A stretch of 31,753 nucleotides of DNA from an uncultured Iamiaceae bacterium (GTDB lineage: Bacteria; Actinomycetota; Acidimicrobiia; Acidimicrobiales; SKKL01). Position 1 is the first letter of the stretch. Every line of letters starts with the position of its first letter. The notes under the pieces are model-generated. The model worked only from the letters and a program-made list of their open reading frames with translations, was not told the DNA's origin and searched no databases. The DNA lies in assembly GCA_964511355.1 (NCBI GenBank), contig CAZEFG010000003.1, positions 1 through 31,753 on the forward strand, read 5' to 3'. Of this stretch, positions 24,394 to 31,753 are shown piece by piece. The translations under genes and the position numbers were made by a program.

Positions 24394-27273
24394 TCAGGGG
24401 TCTTGCGGGCGGCGGATCGAAGGCCAGTTCGGTTTCGACCGTCGAGCCCAACTGGTCCGGGGATCGGCCGGTGGCGGCGCATCGGCTGGCGGCTCGGCCG
24501 GCGCCGGGGCCTCGGCTTCGGGTGTCGCCCCGTCGGTGAGGAATGCCTCCGGGTTGACCGACTCCTCCAGCACCACCCGGTGTCGGGCAGTGGTCTCGAC
24601 CTCGATGTCGTCCCAGTGATCGGTGGGGCCGAGGTCGATGCCGCCGCGATGATCAGCCTCGTCGGGAGCCTCCCCGCCTGATTCGTCCTCACCCGAGTCG
24701 TCCCCCACTGACGTGTCGGCCTCAGGGTCGCCGCCGGTCAGCTCGCCGGAATCGGGCTCGTCGTCGCTGGCGAACAAGCCTGCGAGGTCAGAAAAATCGT
24801 AGGGATCGGCACTCGGAAGCCCCGACCGCTGAGGCTCGGTGAGTTCTGGCGGCGGGCTGAACCCGGCGCCGAAACCACTGCTTTGGGCGCCATCGCCATC
24901 GGATTCGGTCGCGGCACCGAGGCGGCGAGGCAGATCGCGTGGCGCCGACGCGTTGACCTCGACGAAATCGAGCATCTCTTGGGCGGTGCCGGTGTCGGGC
25001 TGCGCCGCCCTTCGCACGGTGAGGGCCAATCGGCGGGCGAACTCTGGAAGGGACGAGATATCGACCGGCGCCGCGTCGATCGTGGGGCGGATCAGAATGA
25101 GGCGTCCGTAAGAGGCGAAGAAGTCGGGGGCGGTGGGTTCGAGTGCCGCCTCGCGCGTGGCCTCGGTGGCCAACTCGAAGATCCAGGTCGGCGCCAGCGT
25201 GAGCGGAACCCGGCCGACGACGCTTTCCTCGTCGAGCACCCCGCCCATGGACGCCACCACCGGTCCGTTCGGGGAACTCACCACTGCCACCGGCGGGGTG
25301 AACGGGCTGGTGGGGTTGCGGACACCCAGCTCCAACCCGCGCCACTGGAAGCGGCGCGAGCGAGACAGGCCAGCGGGCACGAAATCGTCGTTGCCCATCA
25401 GAAGGGGACTGCCGTCGGTGTCGACCCGGTAGATCGAGCCATCGGACCAGACCGCGATCCAGGCTTCGGCCGCCACGGCCTTTCGCGACGGCCGGAACCG
25501 AGCCTTGACCCAGTCCAGCAACCAGAGCGCCAGCAACGGCACCACCAGGGCGATGATGGTCATCCCGGCGGTGATCTGGATGCGCCGGGCCACGTTGATC
25601 GGCGTCCGGAGCTCGAACAGCAAATCGACTTCGACGGTGTCGAAGGCCTCGTCGCCCATCGGCCCGTAGGCCACCGTCACCGAACCCTGATACGCCCCGG
25701 CCGGCACGTCGCCCAGGTCGATGGTCAGCGGCAGGACCGGCGTGGTGCCGGCTGGCACCTGGACGCACGACGCCGCCGAACGGGCGAAACCGGCGAGGCT
25801 GACCGCGGCGTCAGCCGCGCCGAGGTCGACCGCGGCGTCTTCGATCCACACACAGGCGTCGACCCCGACCCCGGCGGTGACCTCGATCGCCTCGGTGACC
25901 TGGGACCCTGAGTCAGCGAGCACCTTGATCTCGTTGGTGACTATCGAGGGCCAGACTTCGGCGGCGAGGACATCGACCTCCGTTGCGGCCACCGCCGGCG
26001 CCAAGTCGAGGTCGGCGGACGCGATGGTCGCCACCAGTTCGAGCGTCACCGTGTCGAGATCGACATCGGCGTCGAGGCCCAGGCTTCCGCTCCAAACCCC
26101 GACCGTGGCCGGTTCCATGTCGATGGCGTCGAGTTCCTGGCCACCGGGGTCGACGGCTCGAGCGACGAGGTTGACGGCTTCGAGAGCTTCGGCCCGGTCG
26201 ATGACCCTGCCCCTGGCATCGACCAGCTCGGCCCTCAAGATGACAGCGCGTCCCGCCACCAACCGGACAGATCCCGTGAACTGAGGAGTGATCCCCACTG
26301 ATCCGCTGGAGATGATGGTGGCCTCTGTGGAGTCGCCATCGACGCCGGGCTCAGGGTTGATCACCGCGACCGTCCAGGTCCCCGACCAGTCGGTCTCGGT
26401 GGGACTCACCTCGGCGTTGAGCCGCACCATGTCGGGGCCCACCCACGTCGTTTCGATGACGAAGGACCCGGCGCTGATGGAGCCGTCGACGCGATCGGCA
26501 ATCGGAAAGCTCACCCCGCGCGGCAAGGTGACTTCGAGAGTGGCGGTGTCGCTGGGCAACACAGCTGTGATGGCGAACGATCCCAGCACCGGCGACAGCT
26601 CTATGTCGAGCGAGCCCTGGTCGCAGGCTCGTTCGGCGCAGGCGACCACGGTCTCGACTTGGGTCCCGGCTCCGCCGATGACCGCGGTCAGCTCAGCCAG
26701 ATCGCTCACCATCTGCGCCCGTTCTGGTGACACGACCACCGCGGCGAGCCCCACGGGAGCAGAGATCTCGGTGCCGGCCACCTCGAGCGAGGTCCCCGGG
26801 TCGAGCACGATGACCCCACACGCTCCGTCGGTTGACCGGGCGGTCTGCTGGGCGATCTCGTCGACCGCCGCGGTCACCACCACGGCCGGATCGAGAATGC
26901 CGACATCGGAGCTGGCGGCAGATACCACCGCTTCGGCCAGACGAGGCGCGTTCGCCGGTGTCACCTGTTCCCAGGCCGTTGCCCGCTGGAACTCAGCGCC
27001 CGCCGAGCCGATCAAGAGGTCGATGCGCCGATCGCGAAGGCCTGCCAACTGAGCGGCGAGATCGCCGAGCACCTGGCTGCGCGCCGGGTCAGAGGGAGCG
27101 ACGGCCAGCACCATGAGGACCGAAGCTTCCGCCGGACAATCATGGAGGGTCTGCAGGTTTGCACTGCTGCTGGGGTCGGCCTCCTGGGCGTTCGCGGGCA
27201 CGACCGGGCCGAGGCCGATCAGGGCCACCAGCATCACCAGGGTCACCCGCCAAACGACGACACCCCGCCTCAT
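24394..27273 (-). CDS. Large single-pass surface protein (959 aa): signal peptide, degenerate vWA-like domain, beta-rich domains, TM helix, cytoplasmic domain, acidic disordered tail
   Basis: MRRGVVVWRVTLVMLVALIGLGPVVPANA signal (AxA); TM ITAGMTIIALVVPLLALWLL followed by KARFRPSRK; Asp/Glu/Gly/Pro-rich C-terminus. Start moved to ATG 27273, which overlaps the upstream stop. The domain call is a recalled resemblance only. Confidence 0.8.
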   Translation of the reverse strand: MRRGVVVWRVTLVMLVALIGLGPVVPANAQEADPSSSANLQTLHDCPAEASVLMVLAVAPSDPARSQVLGDLAAQLAGLRDRRIDLLIGSAGAEFQRATAWEQVTPANAPRLAEAVVSAASSDVGILDPAVVVTAAVDEIAQQTARSTDGACGVIVLDPGTSLEVAGTEISAPVGLAAVVVSPERAQMVSDLAELTAVIGGAGTQVETVVACAERACDQGSLDIELSPVLGSFAITAVLPSDTATLEVTLPRGVSFPIADRVDGSISAGSFVIETTWVGPDMVRLNAEVSPTETDWSGTWTVAVINPEPGVDGDSTEATIISSGSVGITPQFTGSVRLVAGRAVILRAELVDARGRVIDRAEALEAVNLVARAVDPGGQELDAIDMEPATVGVWSGSLGLDADVDLDTVTLELVATIASADLDLAPAVAATEVDVLAAEVWPSIVTNEIKVLADSGSQVTEAIEVTAGVGVDACVWIEDAAVDLGAADAAVSLAGFARSAASCVQVPAGTTPVLPLTIDLGDVPAGAYQGSVTVAYGPMGDEAFDTVEVDLLFELRTPINVARRIQITAGMTIIALVVPLLALWLLDWVKARFRPSRKAVAAEAWIAVWSDGSIYRVDTDGSPLLMGNDDFVPAGLSRSRRFQWRGLELGVRNPTSPFTPPVAVVSSPNGPVVASMGGVLDEESVVGRVPLTLAPTWIFELATEATREAALEPTAPDFFASYGRLILIRPTIDAAPVDISSLPEFARRLALTVRRAAQPDTGTAQEMLDFVEVNASAPRDLPRRLGAATESDGDGAQSSGFGAGFSPPPELTEPQRSGLPSADPYDFSDLAGLFASDDEPDSGELTGGDPEADTSVGDDSGEDESGGEAPDEADHRGGIDLGPTDHWDDIEVETTARHRVVLEESVNPEAFLTDGATPEAEAPAPAEPPADAPPPADPRTSWARRSKPNWPSIRRPQDP

Positions 27274-27647
27274 CGAGCCCACTCTCCGGCCATCGTCCAC
27301 GCCGACAGCACCGTGCCGAGCAACGCCAACAAGACGATCCCGGTTCCGGCGAGGCGGGTTCGTAGCGATCGGTCGGGCAGGTGGTCGGGGCGTCCGGCGG
27401 TGTCGGCGCGTCGGGCCGCACCGAGCAGACCGATGGTGACCACCGACGACAAGGTGAAGGCCAGGGGCTGGGCAGCAGCAGGACCGACCAGAGCCAGCAA
27501 CGTGCCGGCCAGCGCGGCGAATACCGATCCGCGGGTGAGGGCGCGGGCGGGACCTTCGAGCAGGGTCGGGTCCGACGCCCGACGAAGAATCTGGCCCCGG
27601 CGGGGGCGCGCCGGGGCGGTCTGCTGCTGAGCGGGGGAGGGCTCCAT
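27270..27647 (-). CDS. Small hypothetical membrane protein (125 aa, about 3 TM)
   Basis: Three hydrophobic segments; TAGATT 6 nt upstream of ATG 27647; stop overlaps the next ATG (ATGA). Confidence 0.7.
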   Translation of the reverse strand: MEPSPAQQQTAPARPRRGQILRRASDPTLLEGPARALTRGSVFAALAGTLLALVGPAAAQPLAFTLSSVVTIGLLGAARRADTAGRPDHLPDRSLRTRLAGTGIVLLALLGTVLSAWTMAGEWAR

Positions 27648-27787
27648 TGCCCGAATCTATCGGCCCGGCGAGACGCCTCGTGAGGCTGCCCCGGTCTCCC
27701 GGACCGGCAATCCGCGGTGCGGACCCGACCATCGGCCATCCTGAGAACGGTCACCGCGGGTCTCACGACGAACACCCGTTCGGCCGC

Positions 27788-27793
27788 TACCAT
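27788..27793 (+). promoter_or_regulatory. Candidate -10 element (TACCAT) for the topoisomerase operon
   Basis: TANNNT hexamer about 40 nt upstream of ATG 27833, with GGAG in between. Confidence 0.35.
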
Positions 27794-27832
27794 CGACTCG
27801 ATACCCACTTGTAAGCAGTCGGAGCAACACCC

Positions 27833-30247
<2,415 letters not shown>

Positions 30248-30249
30248 CC

Positions 30250-31753
30250 ATGGCCAAGCACCAACCGGCCCCGGCCGGCTACGACGCCTCCCACATCCAG
30301 GTCCTCAAGGGCCTCGAAGCGGTCCGCAAGCGCCCAGGCATGTACATCGGCGGCACCGGCTCTGACGGCCTGTCGCACCTGCTCTGGGAGCTCATCGACA
30401 ACTCGGTCGATGAGGCCGCGGCCGGATTCGCCAACCGAATCGAGGTGACCTTCCACCGCGATGGCTCGATCGAGGTGACCGACAACGGGCGAGGCATCCC
30501 GATCGACATCAAGGACAAGAAGCGCACCGCCCTCGAGATCGTGTTCACCGAGTTGCACGCCGGCGGCAAGTTCGGCACCGGCGCCTACTCGTCGTCGGGA
30601 GGGCTCCACGGTGTGGGTGCGTCGGTGGTGAACGCCCTTTCCACCAAGCTCATCGCCGAGGTCGACCGCGACGGTCACACCTGGCGGCTCGGATTCGACC
30701 AACGCCTGCCCGGCCATTTCGCATCCGACGGCAGCTTCAAGCCCACCTCCCAGCTCCAGAAGGTCAAGAAGCTCCGCAACGCCAACGTCACCGGCACCAG
30801 GGTTCGGTTCTGGCCCGACACCGACGTCTTCGACCCCGACGCGACCATCGCCTATCCCCAGGTCCGCGAGCGGATCGCCCGTATGTGCTTCCTGGTTCCG
30901 GGGCTCAAGGTGGTGCTCACCGACAAGCGACCCGGGGCCGGTAGCGGCAGCGAGGAGTTCATCTCCAAGGGTGGCCTCGCCGATTTCGTCGATTACCTGT
31001 CGGTGGGCGAGAACCTCACCGAGGTCATCCGCCTGGCGGGCACCGGAACCTTCACCGAGAAGGTCTCCCAGGGCGGATCAATGGTCGAGATCGTGCGCGA
31101 GTGCAGCGTCGAGCTCGCCATGCGTTGGGTGAAGGGCTACGACGCCCAGGTGGTGTCATTCGTCAACACCATCCCCACCCCCGAGGGCGGGACCCACGTC
31201 GCCGGCCTCGAACGGGCCATGACCCGCGTGGTCAACGAGGTGCTCCTGGCCGACCTCCGCAAGCTCGCCAAGCTGGCCAAGGAAGGCAAGGACAAGGCCC
31301 AGAAGGAAGACGTCCAGGAGGGCCTGGTGTGTGCCCTCAAGGTCACGCTCCCCGAACCGCAGTTCCGGGGCCAGACCAAAGAGGAGCTGGGCACCCCAGG
31401 GGTGCAGAGCATCGTCTACGACGTCGTGAAGTCGGGTTTCGGTGCCTGGATCAACAGCGACGGCAAGAAGACCCACGTCAACGCGGTGCGCGACAAGCTG
31501 GCCAACGCGATCATCAACCGGGTCACCTCCAAGCAGGCCCTCGAGAACAAGCGCAAGGCCGCCAACCTGGGGTCGGCGGGCATGCCCGACAAGTTGGCCG
31601 ATTGCCGTCGCCACGGCCTCGATTCCGAGCTGATCATCGTCGAGGGCGACTCGGCGGCCGGCCCGGCCAAGCAGGGCCGCAACTCCGAGACCCAGGCCGT
31701 GCTGCCCATCCGGGGCAAGATCGTCAACGCCAGCAAGGCCACGGTCAAGCAGG
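30250..31753 (+). CDS. parE: Type IIA DNA topoisomerase subunit B (GyrB/ParE family); runs off the right edge
   Basis: Absent from the ORF track (no stop). Hand translation from ATG 30250: YDASHIQVLKGLEAVRKRPGMYIG, ELIDNSVDE, DNGRGIP, LHAGGKF, GGLHGVGASVVNALS, FVNTIPTPEGGTH, PQFRGQTK, KLADC, IVEGDSAAG, PIRGKIVN. Confidence 0.92.
   Translation, partial: MAKHQPAPAGYDASHIQVLKGLEAVRKRPGMYIGGTGSDGLSHLLWELIDNSVDEAAAGFANRIEVTFHRDGSIEVTDNGRGIPIDIKDKKRTALEIVFTELHAGGKFGTGAYSSSGGLHGVGASVVNALSTKLIAEVDRDGHTWRLGFDQRLPGHFASDGSFKPTSQLQKVKKLRNANVTGTRVRFWPDTDVFDPDATIAYPQVRERIARMCFLVPGLKVVLTDKRPGAGSGSEEFISKGGLADFVDYLSVGENLTEVIRLAGTGTFTEKVSQGGSMVEIVRECSVELAMRWVKGYDAQVVSFVNTIPTPEGGTHVAGLERAMTRVVNEVLLADLRKLAKLAKEGKDKAQKEDVQEGLVCALKVTLPEPQFRGQTKEELGTPGVQSIVYDVVKSGFGAWINSDGKKTHVNAVRDKLANAIINRVTSKQALENKRKAANLGSAGMPDKLADCRRHGLDSELIIVEGDSAAGPAKQGRNSETQAVLPIRGKIVNASKATVKQ

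Noticed and set aside
27274-27732. 153-aa N-terminal extension of the large surface protein
   Set aside because: Arg/Pro-rich off-frame reading of the 125-aa membrane gene; a clean signal peptide starts at 27273.

Overview
A high-GC (about 69-70%) actinobacterial chromosome segment. F420 synthesis (cofG), a mycothiol-dependent MDMPI-family enzyme, DUF3097 and an actinobacterial-type ParC/ParE pair point to Actinomycetota; class Acidimicrobiia is plausible but is inference. About 26 protein genes, mostly housekeeping or envelope-related: cofG (cut by the left edge), an HxlR regulator, a LprAFG-like lipoprotein, a UPF0104 flippase-like gene coupled to a PAP2_3 gene, dxs, an ABC-2 exporter, nfuA, MBOAT and SGNH (DUF459) acyltransferase genes, an aldehyde dehydrogenase, threonine aldolase, a Uup-like ABC-F, DUF3097, a TAP-like peptidase, a site-2 protease, a crotonase, a PhyH dioxygenase, MDMPI, an AI-2E transporter, a coupled pair of unknown membrane genes, and a type IIA topoisomerase pair in A-then-B order (B cut by the right edge). 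I found no tRNA, rRNA, CRISPR array, transposase or integrase. Most notable: (1) a roughly 950-bp lower-GC insert between MBOAT and SGNH, carrying an orphan lipoprotein reached through a 27-codon ORF that overlaps a gene at each end; (2) a 959-aa surface protein with an apparently MIDAS-less vWA-like domain and a coupled 3-TM partner, divergent from the topoisomerase; (3) a perfect 11-bp operator on the promoter of a cysteine-containing HxlR gene that appears co-transcribed with cofG; (4) pervasive leaderless promoter geometry, which exposes small upstream ORFs; (5) a GyrA-box-less topo IV-like pair in reversed gene order. All family calls come from motif recognition by eye, with no database search.
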